Part shown: positions 52,480 to 63,621 of the stretch, one piece after another | How positions within the stretch are numbered: position 1 is the first letter of the stretch | Layout: each line of letters starts with the position of its first letter | Origin: an uncultured delta proteobacterium | GTDB lineage: Bacteria > Desulfobacterota > Binatia > Binatales > Binataceae | Length of the DNA stretch: 64,000 nucleotides | Assembly: GCA_963743865.1 (NCBI GenBank) | Contig: CAVURG010000006.1 | Location: forward strand, 2,689,638-2,753,637 | Reading direction: 5' to 3' | Notes under the pieces: model-generated | The model's database searches: none | Seen by the model: the letters and a program-made list of their open reading frames with translations, nothing else | Told to the model about the DNA's origin: nothing | Position numbers and translations under genes: made by a program

Positions 52480-52642
52480 GAATTACCGGCTTTGGCGATC
52501 ATTGCGATTTTGTCGCGCGCGCATCGTGAGCGCACGCGGTTCACGAGTCAACCATTATGGCAAGTTCATTGCGCCTTGAAAGCCGCGGTGTCGCTATTGA
52601 TAATCAAACTGGAAGCATCAGCGGAAATTGCGGGTAAGCCCG

Positions 52643-53158
52643 ATGAGTACTGAACGCCAGGCAGACTTTTACGAAGCGGAACTGCCGCAGGCGTCGCGCG
52701 AGCTGGCCAAGCTGCGCGCCTCGAGCGACTACGTGGCGCCGTTCGAGATCGTGCGGCGGCGCGTGATCGACGACGTCAACGAAGGCAGGATGACGGTCGA
52801 TGCGACGGTCGTAATCCGAATCGGCAACGTCGAGGAAACCGAAGCGGCGTCGGGCGTCGGCGTGGTGCACGCGCTCGACGTGGCGCTGCGCAAGGCGCTG
52901 CTGAAATATTTTCCATACCTCGAGCCGGTGCGCGTGATCGAAACCTACCAGCATGCGACCGGCGACTCGACCGAGGCGGACGTGGTATCGGTGAAGAAAT
53001 TTTCCGACGGCCAACTGCTGTGGACGACGCTGGCCAAGTCGTCGAATACGGTCGAAGCGGGATGGGTGTCGCTGCTCGACGGTTACGAGTGGCGAATCAT
53101 CAACGAGAACGCGAGGCGGCACCGGATGAATGCGAATCCGAGGTTGTCGAGGCGCTGA
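52643..53158 (+). CDS. stand-alone LeuA-allosteric/dimerisation-domain-like protein
   Basis: Two tandem beta-alpha units (ATVVIRIGNVEETEAASGVGVVHALDVALRKAL; EADVVSVKKFSDG...TVEAGWVSLL) resembling the LeuA C-terminal regulatory fold. Low-confidence family call. Confidence 0.3.
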   Translation: MSTERQADFYEAELPQASRELAKLRASSDYVAPFEIVRRRVIDDVNEGRMTVDATVVIRIGNVEETEAASGVGVVHALDVALRKALLKYFPYLEPVRVIETYQHATGDSTEADVVSVKKFSDGQLLWTTLAKSSNTVEAGWVSLLDGYEWRIINENARRHRMNANPRLSRR

Positions 53159-53182
53159 CCCCCAAGGGGCGAGGCGATCGCG

Positions 53183-53668
53183 ATGAGCACGGACGAGCGA
53201 GCAGCCGGAAGCGGCAAGGCGGCGGCGGGCAAACTGGCGATTTTGTACGACGGTTCGTGCGAGATGTGCCGCGCGAGTGTGGACGGAATCATGCAATTCG
53301 ACAACTCGGGAGCGATCGAACCGCTCGATCTTCATCGCGAAGAAGTGCGCGGGCAGTTTCCCGGGTTGACGCTGGAGAATCTGCTCGAGGAATTGCACGC
53401 GGTGGACGAGAGCGGACGGGTGTACCGCGGGGCGCGGGCGATCAACGAAATACTGCGGCGGCAGCGCGGGCTGCGGGGCTACCTCGCGTACCTGTGGTAC
53501 CTCCCGCCGTACGCGTGGCTCGCGGATCGGCAGTACAAGCGGATCGCGGCGTCGCGATACGCGACGCGATGCGCGCGGCAAGTTGAAGGGGCAGGCGGCG
53601 GCGCAGCGCTAGCGGGGCGCGGCTTGTTCGAGATCGCGAGCGCAGCGGTAAGCTGTACGCTCGCATTC
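53183..53668 (+). CDS. DUF393 (DCC-type thiol-disulfide oxidoreductase) domain ORF, in frame with downstream cysS and no intervening stop
   Basis: LAILYDGSCEMCR...CxxC motif; about 110-aa DUF393 domain plus linker. Confidence 0.5.
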
Positions 53669-55100
53669 GTGAAACCATTTTACATTTTCAATTCGCTGAC
53701 GCGCGCGGTCGAGGAATTCCAGGCGCTCAAGCCGCCCGAGGTGACGCTGTATTCATGCGGGCCGACGGTCTATCTGCCGCAGCATCTTGGGAATCTGCGC
53801 GCGTACGTGTTCGTGGACAGTCTGCGCCGGGCGCTGGAGTTCAACGGCTACCGGGTGCGCCACGTGATGAACGTGACCGACGTCGGCCACATGACGGGGG
53901 ACGTGGACGACGGCGAGGACAAAGTCGAGAAAACCGCACGGGCGCAAGGGAAATCGCCACTGGAAGTCGCGAACTATTATTTCGAGCAGTTTCGGCGCGA
54001 TTGCGCCGCGCTCAATCTCGAGCCGCCGCAGGTGTGGTCGCGCGCGACCGATCATATCGGCGACATGATCGCGCTTAGCGCGAGAATTATCGACGCGGGA
54101 TTCGCCTACGTCACGAAAAGCGGGGTGTACTTCGACGTCGAGAAGTATCGCGGGAACAACCGGGCCGGGCGGCTCTCGCGCCAGAGCCTCGACGAGCAGA
54201 ACGCCGACGCAGCGCCTGGAGCATTCGGCCGACAAGCATAGCCCGCACGATTTCGCGCTGTGGGTGCTCGACCAGCCGGGCCATCTGATGCAATGGGAGA
54301 GTCCGTGGGGGCGCGGCTATCCGGGCTGGCATATCGAGTGCTCGGCGATGGCGATGAAATACCTGGGCGAGACTATCGACATCCACACCGGCGGCATCGA
54401 TCACATCCCGGTGCATCACGAGAACGAGATCGCGCAATCCGAAAGCGCGACGCACAAGCCGTTCGCGCGGTACTTCGTGCACAACGCGTTCCTGGTCGGC
54501 AAAGAGGGAGCCAAGATCAGCAAGAGCGCGGGCAAGTTCCCGCTGCTGAGCGATCTTGGGGCGGCGGGGATCGATCCGCAGGCGTTTCGGATTTTCTGTT
54601 ACGGCGCGAAGTACCGTTCCGAAATTGCATTCAACGACGACGCGATCCGCGCGGCGCAGAGCAATCTCGATTATTTTCGGGAGTTCGCGCGCAGCGTGCC
54701 GGACGACGCGGCGGCGGACGGCGCCGAGGCGGCGGGATGGGCGGCGGAGTACTACGAGCGCTTCCACGACGCGATCAACAACGATCTGAACACGCCGCAG
54801 GCGATCGCGGTGGCTCTGGAACTGATCGCGGAAGCATACCGGCGCAAGGATTTCCGGGCGTGGCCGACACTGCGGGCGCTCGACGCGGTGCTGGGACTCG
54901 ACCTGGAAAAGCATCGCGAGTCGGCGCACGCGGGCTCGATCGCGGCGGACGTGCAGCAATTGATCGACAATCGAACGGCGGCGCGCAAGGCGAAAGACTT
55001 CAACCTCGCCGATGAACTGCGCAAGGAAATCGAGCGGCGCGGCTACGAGGTCAAGGATAATCGCGACGGCACGGCGAGCTATCAGCAGCGTCGCGCCTGA
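53669..55100 (+). CDS. cysS: cysteine--tRNA ligase, frameshifted near 54240
   Basis: GTG-start MKPFYIFNSLTR matches the CysS N-terminus; HIGH-type HLGN; KMSKS as KISKS; CysS-type C-terminal helical domain in ORF 54264..55100. Confidence 0.8.
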
Positions 55101-55210
55101 ACGGTTGCGAGCGAGCGGGATTTCGGGCCGCAGGTTTGCCTTGAATGGTTGCGCGAAAGTCTCTTAGAATCGCGCGTTGACGAGTCAAATCGTCCGCCCA
55201 GAAGGAAGCG

Positions 55211-56078
55211 ATGGGGATTGAGTTAAAGAAGTTCGACACCAGGCTGCAGGCCGAAGGACCCGAGGTACGCCATCTCGATCCGGCTGCGGCGCCGTTCTAC
55301 CTGCCGATTGGCGACGAAGTGGAAATCTTCAGCGCCGCGTACAAAGCCCGCCTGCCCGTGCTGCTCAAAGGACCGACCGGGTGCGGCAAGACGCGCTTCG
55401 TCGAGCACATGGCGCATCAACTGTCCTCGCTGGCCGACGGCCCCAATGAGCTGATAACCGTTGCGTGCCACGAGGATCTGACCGGCAGCGACCTGGTCGG
55501 CCGCTTCCTGATCCAGGCCGACGAGACGGTGTGGGTTGACGGTCCGCTGACGCAGGCGGTGCGGCGCGGCGCGATTTGCTACCTGGACGAGGTGGTCGAG
55601 GCGCGCAAGGACACGACGGTGCTGATCCATCCGCTGTCGGATCATCGGCGGATTCTGCCGATCGAAAAGCGCGGCGAGACGATCGTGGCGCACGACGGAT
55701 TTCTGCTGGTGATTTCGTACAATCCCGGCTACCAGAGCATCCAGAAAAACCTGAAGCATTCGACGCGCCAGCGCTTCGTGACGATCGAGTTCACGTATCC
55801 GCCGGCGGACAAGGAAGTCGAGATTATCGCGCACGAGGCGGGGGTCGATCAGGATATGGCGCATGCAGCTCGCGGTGCTGGGCGAGAAGGTGCGCCATCT
55901 GAAGGCGTCGGGATTGGAGGAGGGCGTTTCGACGCGCCTGTTGATCTACGCCGGGGAGCTGATCCAGCAGGGAATCGCGCCACGGCGCGCCGCGACCGTC
56001 GCGGTCACGTGGTCGCTGACCGACGAAGCCGACAGCAAGCGCGCGATCGACGAAGTGGTAAAGGCGATCTTTCCATAA
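55211..56078 (+). CDS. MoxR-type AAA+ ATPase of the CbbQ/NirQ/NorQ/GvpN family, frameshifted near 55860
   Basis: Walker [12 protein letters not shown], Walker B CYLDEV, sensor region; C-terminal 70 aa are in ORF 55863..56078. Confidence 0.75.
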
Positions 56079-56139
56079 GTTGCGAGCAAGATTCCCGAAT
56101 CGACGCGAATGACGCCAACAAATTCAGCGAGGTCGCGCA

Positions 56140-57175
56140 AATGACAGTCTCCGCAAAGTTCAAGGTGATTCTGGTTTCGGTTTCAGCCGCGACGCTGGTC
56201 GCCGGCGCATCCGCGATGGCGCAAGATCTGCAAGGGCTCCAGTCACAGACCGGACCGAGGCTGGATTTTCCGGCCGGGCTGGCGACCGACGGCCGCGCGG
56301 TTTACGTTTCCAACAGCCGCAACAATACGATCGAGGCGATCGACGCGGCGTCGAAATCGCTCCGAATCGTCGCCGGCAAGCTTTTCCAGCAAGGCAGCAA
56401 CGACGGCACCGGCGATTCGGCGCGCTTCAACAGCCCCGACGGGATGACGATCTCCGGACAGGATCTCTATCTTTGCGACACCGCCAATTCCGACATCCGC
56501 AAGATCGATATCGGCAGCGCGACGGTCACCACGATTGCGGGGACGGCGAATATCGCGGGCACCGAGGACGGCACCGGCTCGGCGGCGCATTTCAACCTGC
56601 CGACGCAGATCACGACCGACGGCGCCTCGCTATACGTAGCCGACAGCGGCAACAACACGATCCGGCGCATCACGCTCGCCGACATGAAGGTCAAGACGAT
56701 CGGAGGCCAGCCGGGGACGACGGGCAAGGCCGAGGGTGGTCCGGACAAGTCACAGTTCACCGGACCGCGTGGAATCGCGGTGGACAAGAAGGCCATCTAC
56801 GTCGCGGATACCGGCAATGAGGTGATCCGCAAGATCGATATCTCGACGCTGCAGACCAGCACGCTTGCGGGCACCGGCGAGCAAGGGGACAAAGACGGTC
56901 CCGCGCTGGAAGCGCAGTTCAACAATCCCGGCGCGCTGTGCACCGACGGAACGATGCTCTACGTGATGGACGCGGACAATCATGCGATTCGCAAGATCGA
57001 CCTCACCGCCAACACCGTAACCAAACTGACGCTGGTCAACGGCCATATCGGTTCGGGCTGCGCGCTCAGCAGCGACGGCAAGCAACTGTACTTCTCCGAC
57101 ACCACGGAAAACGCCGTGGAGGTCGTCGATACGACCAGCGGCAACTTCACCGCGCTCTATCCGCCGGGGCAGTAG
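56140..57175 (+). CDS. secreted NHL-repeat beta-propeller protein
   Basis: Signal peptide [28 protein letters not shown]; six or more NHL-like repeats ([42 protein letters not shown]). Confidence 0.7.
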
Positions 57176-57199
57176 GGCACGCGCGGCGGGCATCGCGTC

Positions 57200-58247
57200 T
57201 TGATCGATCTGCGCAGCGACACGGTTACGTTGCCGACGCCCGAGATGCGCGAGGCGATCGCGCGCGCCGAGCTGGGTGACGACGTTTACGGCGAAGACCC
57301 GAGCGTGAACCGGCTCGAAGCGATGGCGGCGGCGCTGATGGGGAAAGCGGCGGCGATGCTCGTGCCGAGCGGCACGATGGGCAATCTGGCCGCGATGCTG
57401 ACGCATTGCGCGCGCGGCACCAAGGCGATAGTCGGCTCGCAGTCGCACACGAATCTTTACGAGGCGGGCGGCGCGTCGGCTCTGGGAGGCATCGTGCTAA
57501 CCGCAGTCACCAACACCGACGACGGCGAGCTCGACCCCGGACGCGCTCGCGCGCGAGCTTGGGACGCCGGCCGACGTTCATTTCGCGCAGCCGTCGCTGG
57601 TCGTGATCGAGAACACTCACAACCAATGCGGCGGCGCGCCGATCAAGCTATCGCACATGGCGGAAGTATCCGACGCGGCGCATCGGCGAAAAATCCGGCT
57701 TCATCTCGACGGCGCGCGAATCTTCAACGCAGCGATTGCGCTGGAAACGACGCCGAGGGAAATCGCGAGCGGCGCGGACACGGTATCGTTTTGCCTGTCG
57801 AAGGGGCTTGGATGTCCGGTGGGCTCGATTCTGTGCGGGAGCCGCGAATTTATCGCCGGTGCGCGCCGGACCCGCAAAGTGCTGGGCGGAGGAATGCGGC
57901 AGGCGGGAATAATCGCGGCGGCAGGAATCGTCGCGCTGACCACGATGGTCGATCGGCTGGCCGAGGATCATCAGAATGCGCGCGCGCTGGCGCAGGGACT
58001 TGCGCTGGTCGCGGGACTGAACGTGCGGGCGGTTAAGAATCGGACCAACATGGTCGTATTCGACGTGGACGGCGACGCGGAAGCATCGCGGCGTTTCGCG
58101 GCGGCGATGCAACAGCGGGGGGTGCTGATATCGCCGCGCGAGGCGACATCTTTCCGCGCCGTGACGCATCATGGGATTTCGCGCGCCGACGTCGATCGGG
58201 CGGTCGCAGCGGCCGCACAAGCCGCCGGCGAAGTCTTCGGCGACTGA
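57200..58247 (+). CDS. ltaE: low-specificity L-threonine aldolase, frameshifted near 57540
   Basis: MIDLRSDTVTLPT N-terminus; PLP fold; second half in ORF 57603..58247. Confidence 0.75.
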
Positions 58248-58264
58248 ATCGTTCGATCGCGCGC

Positions 58265-59063
58265 ATGGGAAATCACGAGATGGATTCGCTCGATTCGCTG
58301 TTCTCTCTGCGCGGGCGTCGCGGACTGGTAACCGGCGCGTCGTCCGGGTTGGGAGTGGAATGCGCAAGGGCGCTGGCGATTGCGGGCGCCGACGTTGCAC
58401 TGGTCGCGCGGCGCAAAGAACGCGTCACACAAATTGCGGCCGAGCTGGCGAAGACGCACGGCGTCAAGGCGATCGGAATCGGCGCCGACGTGACGCGCGA
58501 GGACGACCTCGATCGCGCTGATGGCGGAGACATCGGCCGCGCTTGGCGACGTGGATATCCTGGTGAACAACGCGGGCGTGTCGCCGACCGGCCGCGCCGA
58601 GAATTTCAAGCGTGAAGCATGGGACGAAGCGATCGCGGTGAATCTGACCGCGCCGATGATGCTGGCACAGCGCGTCGCGCGCCGGCTCATCGAGACCGGA
58701 CAGCCGGGCCGAATCATCAACATGGTTTCGATCTACGCGTCGGTGGCGAGTTCGGTGTACCGGCTGTCGGCATACGCGGCGACCAAGGCGGCGTTGGCGA
58801 ATTTGACGCGTCAGCTGGCGGTCGAATGGGCCGGCTATGGAATTCTGGTCAATGCGATCGCGCCGGGATGGATTCCCACCGAGGCCACCGAGGGCGGAAT
58901 CGCGAAGCCCGCGAACAAGGAACGGATGGAGGCGTTTACGCCGATGAAGCGGCTGGGGCTTCCGCACGAGATTCGCGGCGCGGTGATCTTCCTTGCCAGC
59001 GCGGCTTCAAGCTACGTTACGGGTTCGGTAGTTTCGGTGGACGGCGGATACCAGGCGTGGTGA
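58265..59063 (+). CDS. SDR-family oxidoreductase, frameshifted near 58510
   Basis: TGASSGLG cofactor motif (58265..58615); NNAG, Y-x3-K (YAATK) and the C-terminus in ORF 58521..59063. Confidence 0.75.
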
Positions 59064-59140
59064 AAGCGGCGCGGGTCCGATCGCAAAGCTGCAAGCCGCG
59101 CCGCAGCAATCTCCGGGCAGTCGTTAGATCAGGAGCGGGG

Positions 59141-60579
59141 ATGAACGGCACCGGGCTTCGGGCGCAACTTTTCCGGCGCAAGCCGGCGGCGGCCTTGATG
59201 GCGGAAGCCGCGGAGCACTCGGGCGGGCTCAAACGGGCTCTGGGAGCGCTCGATCTCACGCTGCTCGGGATAGGCGCGATCGTCGGTGCGGGAATTTTCG
59301 TGCTGACCGGCGTCGGCCGCGGCAAGATACGCCGGGCCGGCGATCGTGCTCTCGTTCGTGGTGTCGGGATTCGCGTGCGCGATGGCGGCGCTGTGCTACG
59401 CGGAGTTCGCGGCGATGATCCCGGTGGCGGGCAGCGCGTATTCATATTCGTACGCGACGATGGGCGAGCTGGTCGGCTGGATCATCGGATGGGACCTGGT
59501 GCTGGAGTACGCGGTCGCCGCGGCGGCGGTTGCGGTGGGATGGTCGGGGTACCTTACCGTCATCCTGCACGGCGTCGGGATTCATTTGCCGATCGCGATA
59601 ACGAATGCGCCCGGGTCGGCTCCCGGCGCGATCGTCAACCTGCCGGCGTTGCTGGTCGTGATGCTGATCACCTGGGTGCTGTACATCGGGATATCGGAAA
59701 GCGCGCGGATCAATTCGATCATCGTGGCGGTGAAGCTGATCGTGGTCGGCGCCGTGATCGTCGTCGGTGCGTTTTTCGTAAGGCCGGAGAACTGGAGTCC
59801 GTTCGCGCCGATGGGATGGAGCGGGAGTGATGAAAGGCGCGGCGGTGATCTTCTTCGCGTACATCGGGTTCGACGCGGTCTCGACGGCAGCCGAGGAAGT
59901 GATCGATCCGAAGCGCGACCTGCCGCTCGGCATCCTCGGTTCGCTGTTCGTCTGCACGGTGCTTTATATCCTGGTCGCGGGCGTGTTGACCGGGATGGTG
60001 CCGGCGCACCTGATCGACGTGAACGCGCCGCTGGCGTCGGCGTTCGTGCTGCGCGGGATGCATGCGTTGTCGGGATTTATCTCGCTGGGCGCGGTTGCGG
60101 GGCTGACCTCGGTGCTGCTGGTGATGATGCTCGGGCAGTCGCGGGTTTTTTTCGCCGTGTCGCGCGACGGCCTGCTGCCGCCAGCCTTCACCCGGATTCA
60201 TCCGAAGTATCGCACGCCGTACATACCGACCACGCTGACCGGAATCGGAGTCGGAATCGCGGCGGCGCTGCTGCCGATCCAGGAAATCGCGGAGCTGACG
60301 AATATCGGGACGCTGTTCGCGTTCGTGCTGGTATGCTTCGGCGTGTGGATCCTGCGCCACGCCGAGCCGGACTTGAAGCGCCCGTTCCGCACGCCGCTGG
60401 TGCCGCTGGTGCCGATTTTCGGCGTCGTTTTCTGCCTTTACCTGATGGCGAGTCTGCCGCTGGTTACGTGGATTCGTTTTTTCGTGTGGATGGCGATCGG
60501 GCTGGTTATCTATTTCAGTTACGGCCGCTTCCACAGCCGGGTGCAGAACAACGCTCAGTCGAGCGCAGGGGCCGCGTAG
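59141..60579 (+). CDS. APC-superfamily amino acid permease (CAT/YhdG-like), two frameshifts near 59330 and 59830
   Basis: ATG at 59141 after AGGAGCGGGG. GIGAIVGAGIFVLTG motif; 12-TM topology reconstructed across three frames. Confidence 0.7.
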
Positions 60580-60693
60580 GCCGGCGTCGGGCGAGGCCTG
60601 CAACGGCTAACGCGCTGCGTCGCCCGCAGTGCGCACGGATGCTGAAGGCCCTGCCCTGCGACGTAGGGGAGGATGCTCACGGGCAGCGGCACG

Positions 60694-61275
60694 CTATTGG
60701 CCGGAGCGATCGGCGGCCTTCTGCGCGGCTGCGGCGGCGGCGGAGGCGGCGGCGCGGGTCTGGGCGGCCTTTTCCATCGCGGCCTTGTGCTGCTCGCCGC
60801 GAGCGAGGTTCTGTTCATTTGCTTGGCGCCCGCGACGCCGAGGTCCTGCGATTCCCACTTGGGCTTCGCGACGGAGACCCATTGTCTTCCGTCAAGCGCG
60901 TAGGTGAAGACCAGGTACTTGAGCTTGCCGGTGGCGAGGCCCTTGGCTGTTCCCGGCTTGGCAGGGTCGTACTCGACGCCGCCGAGCTTGCAGCTCACGA
61001 CCAGATGATTATGCGGGCCGTAGGTCGGCAGGTACTCGAACTTTTGCTGCAAATCGATGTACAGCTGGCCCTTGGCCTTTTTTTCATCCTGCTCGACAAA
61101 GTAAGGCTCGGCGACATCGGAAAGTTTATCCTGGAGCGACTGCTGGAGGGCAGGCGAGAGGTCTTTCTGCGCGCGCGCGTGCTCGCAAGTCCATCGCATA
61201 TGCACGCGACGCATCGAGCGAAAACGAAAGCGCGGCCGCAAGGGCGACCGCGCTGAGAATCTTGAGATTTTTCAT
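60694..61275 (-). CDS. hypothetical secreted protein, two frameshifts
   Basis: Signal peptide MKNLKILSAVALAAALSFSLDASRAYA at 61275. Body (KDLSPALQQSLQDKL...YLVFTYALDGRQWVSVAKPKWESQDLG) is in frame 60555..61241. Ala-rich tail in 60694..60882. Confidence 0.4.
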
Positions 61276-62541
61276 GGCGTCCCGGCCACCATCATAGTGG
61301 ACGATTGACCGGGCGCAAATATTTACGGGCTGAGCTACTCGCCGAGCCCGCGGCCGAACGACAGCGACCTGCGACTGCCATTGGTCGCCGAAGGCGAGGA
61401 TCAGCACCTGCTGATTGATGTGCGCGTCCTTGGTCAGCGATTTCATCGAGCCGCCACCGGCGGTAGCCAGCACTTTGTAGGCCGCCTGCGTCTGCCGGTA
61501 GAACTCCGGCAACGGCGAGATTTTCGGCGGCTCCTCGCGATGCACCTTGAGCCAGAACTCGCGCTCGAAGCGCTCGTGCTCCTCGGCCGCCACGTCCACC
61601 GTGTTGAAGGTGCCGTTGTTGGTCTTGAACTGCCGAATCAGCGCGAGCAGCGGACCGAAGTCCTCCTTGTGCGGGGGAGAATCGCCGACCAGCACGACCA
61701 CCTTTTTGGCGTACGGCTTCCAGTCCATCTTGTTTATCGCCGTCTCGCACGCGCCAAACGTATCCTCTTCCCATTCGCCGCCACCCATCGCCTGGATGCC
61801 GTTGAGGAAGTCGCTGAGCTTTTGCGGCGACAGCGTCAGCGGCTGGACATTCATCTTCTCGCCCTTGCCGCCGAACACGATTATTCCGATTCGCGCGATC
61901 GGCACCAGCCGGTGAATCGACTGCACCAGCTGCTCCATCTTGGCCTTGACGTCGTCGATGATCAGTTTCATCGAGCCGGTCCCGTCAATGACCAGCACCA
62001 CGTCCAGTCCCTTGCGCCGCAGCTCACCGATGAACCCGCCGAAGCCCGAGCCGATGCCGTGACCGTAGCCCGAGCCCATGCCGCCGCCACGGCCGATGCC
62101 GATTCCGCCGCCGCCGGCTGCGCGCACGTAGTCACTGGCGAGTCCAACGGCCTGCGAGGTGTCCACCGCGGTCGGCGCTTCCATCTGCTGCTGCGCCGTG
62201 TCGGGCATCGGCACTTCGGGCATGTCGAGATCCTGCATCTCGTTGCCGCCACCGCCGCCGCCGCCCGCTTCCAGGTTCACCATGATCAACTCGCGCCCGC
62301 GCTGCTCGTGCACCGTGATGATCAGGAAAAGCAGGGCAAGCACGTGAATGGCGACCGACAGCGGAAAGGGGCCGATCAGCAGACCGAGCGCATCTTTGAT
62401 CTTCTGAAGACGGGTCGCGTCGGCTTCGTCTTCTTCGCGGCGCGTCTCGGCCGCGAGCTCTCGTTTGCCGATAATGCGGTAGAAGATGAAAGCGACGACG
62501 AACGTCGAGAGGACAAGCAAAATAACAATTGCTGCGATCAT
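61126..62541 (-). CDS. membrane-anchored von Willebrand factor A domain protein (BatA-like)
   Basis: Two N-terminal TM helices, Gly-rich spacer, MIDAS motif VIDGTGSM. The C-terminal about 50 aa of the ORF actually belong to the next gene's signal peptide. Confidence 0.65.
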   Translation of the reverse strand: MIAAIVILLVLSTFVVAFIFYRIIGKRELAAETRREEDEADATRLQKIKDALGLLIGPFPLSVAIHVLALLFLIITVHEQRGRELIMVNLEAGGGGGGGNEMQDLDMPEVPMPDTAQQQMEAPTAVDTSQAVGLASDYVRAAGGGGIGIGRGGGMGSGYGHGIGSGFGGFIGELRRKGLDVVLVIDGTGSMKLIIDDVKAKMEQLVQSIHRLVPIARIGIIVFGGKGEKMNVQPLTLSPQKLSDFLNGIQAMGGGEWEEDTFGACETAINKMDWKPYAKKVVVLVGDSPPHKEDFGPLLALIRQFKTNNGTFNTVDVAAEEHERFEREFWLKVHREEPPKISPLPEFYRQTQAAYKVLATAGGGSMKSLTKDAHINQQVLILAFGDQWQSQVAVVRPRARRVAQPVNICARSIVHYDGGRDAMKNLKILSAVALAAALSFSLDASRAYAMDLRARARAERPLACPPAVAPG

Positions 62542-62661
62542 ATAAAAACGTGCTCCCCGCTTGGGCCACGCTTGGCGCGGCCGAGGCCGAGATCCTCATT
62601 CACTAGATTTAAAGCCGCGCGATCGTCGCGGCGACGCGTGAGCCGTCCGAAAATCAAATTC

Positions 62662-63114
62662 CTACGCTCCGCCTCCCGGCGCTCCGGCAGCGACGCCCCC
62701 GGGAGGGAGAGAAGACACGGCGATAGCGATAGCCTCCGCGCCGGCCGACTTGGCCATATCCAGAATACGAACCATATCACCGAGTATAACCTTTGGGTCG
62801 CCCTGGAAAATCACAATTTTGTCGGTCGAATTTGCAAGCGCGTCATGAAGCTGGGGCACCAACTCGGGCTCGGTGACCTGCTTGTCGCCCAAATAAATCA
62901 GATGGTCGGCGGTGTACGTCACGATGATGCCCTTGGGCTTTTCGTTCGCCGCGGGCGCAGCTTCAGCTTTGGGCAAATCGACGTGGGCCGCGGACTCGAT
63001 CGTCACCGCGGTCGTCACCATAAAGATGATCAGCAGGACGAGAAAGATATCGGTCAACGGGGTGATGTTGATATCGGCGAACACCCCGCCGCCTTTGTTT
63101 CTGCTCATTGCCAT
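62662..63114 (-). CDS. exbD: biopolymer transport protein ExbD/TolR (paralog 2)
   Basis: MAMSRNKGGGVFADINITPLTDIFLVLLIIFMVTT. ATG at 63114 chosen over the upstream TTG of the ORF track. Confidence 0.75.
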   Translation of the reverse strand: MAMSRNKGGGVFADINITPLTDIFLVLLIIFMVTTAVTIESAAHVDLPKAEAAPAANEKPKGIIVTYTADHLIYLGDKQVTEPELVPQLHDALANSTDKIVIFQGDPKVILGDMVRILDMAKSAGAEAIAIAVSSLPPGGVAAGAPGGGA

Positions 63115-63170
63115 GGAGCAAATACCTCTGCGTGTATCGATGCTCAGGTCAGCCACCGGGGCCGGCCCGA

Positions 63171-63621
63171 TCAACCTCCACCACCTGAGGAGTTGGCTAG
63201 TTGCGCACCGGTAACCCGCTTGGCCGCGATTGCAATTTGTTCGGCGCCGGCGGCCTTGGCGATATTCAGGATTCGCACCATGTCGCCGAGCAGCACTTTG
63301 CGATCACCCTGGAACACGACGATCTTCTGGTCCACTTTGCTCAGCGCCTCGCCCAGGGCTGGAGCGGAGTTCGCGCTCGGGAACGTCCTTGGAGTTCACG
63401 AACAGCTCGTGCTGGGCGGTATACGTCACGATGACGCCCTTGTTCTCGGGCGCGGTATTGGTCGCGGTGGGCAGATCGACGTGGGCGGCAGATTCGATCG
63501 TGACAGAGGTCGTCACCATGAAGATGATGAGCAGAACCAGAAAGATATCGGTGAGCGGCGTGATATTGATGTCGGCAAAAACGCCGCCACCGCCGCCCTG
63601 ATGTGGTCCGCTAATTGCCAC
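63171..63621 (-). CDS. exbD: biopolymer transport protein ExbD/TolR (paralog 1), frameshifted near 63365
   Basis: GTG start at 63621; VFADINITPLTDIF. C-terminus (KVDQKIVVFQGDRKVLLGDMVRILNIAKAAGAEQIAIA) is in another frame. About 85% nt identity to paralog 2. Confidence 0.7.

Noticed and set aside
52604-53581. 325-aa minus-strand ORF across the LeuA-like and DUF393 genes
   Set aside because: Spans two plus-strand genes with recognisable motifs; Arg-rich antisense artefact.
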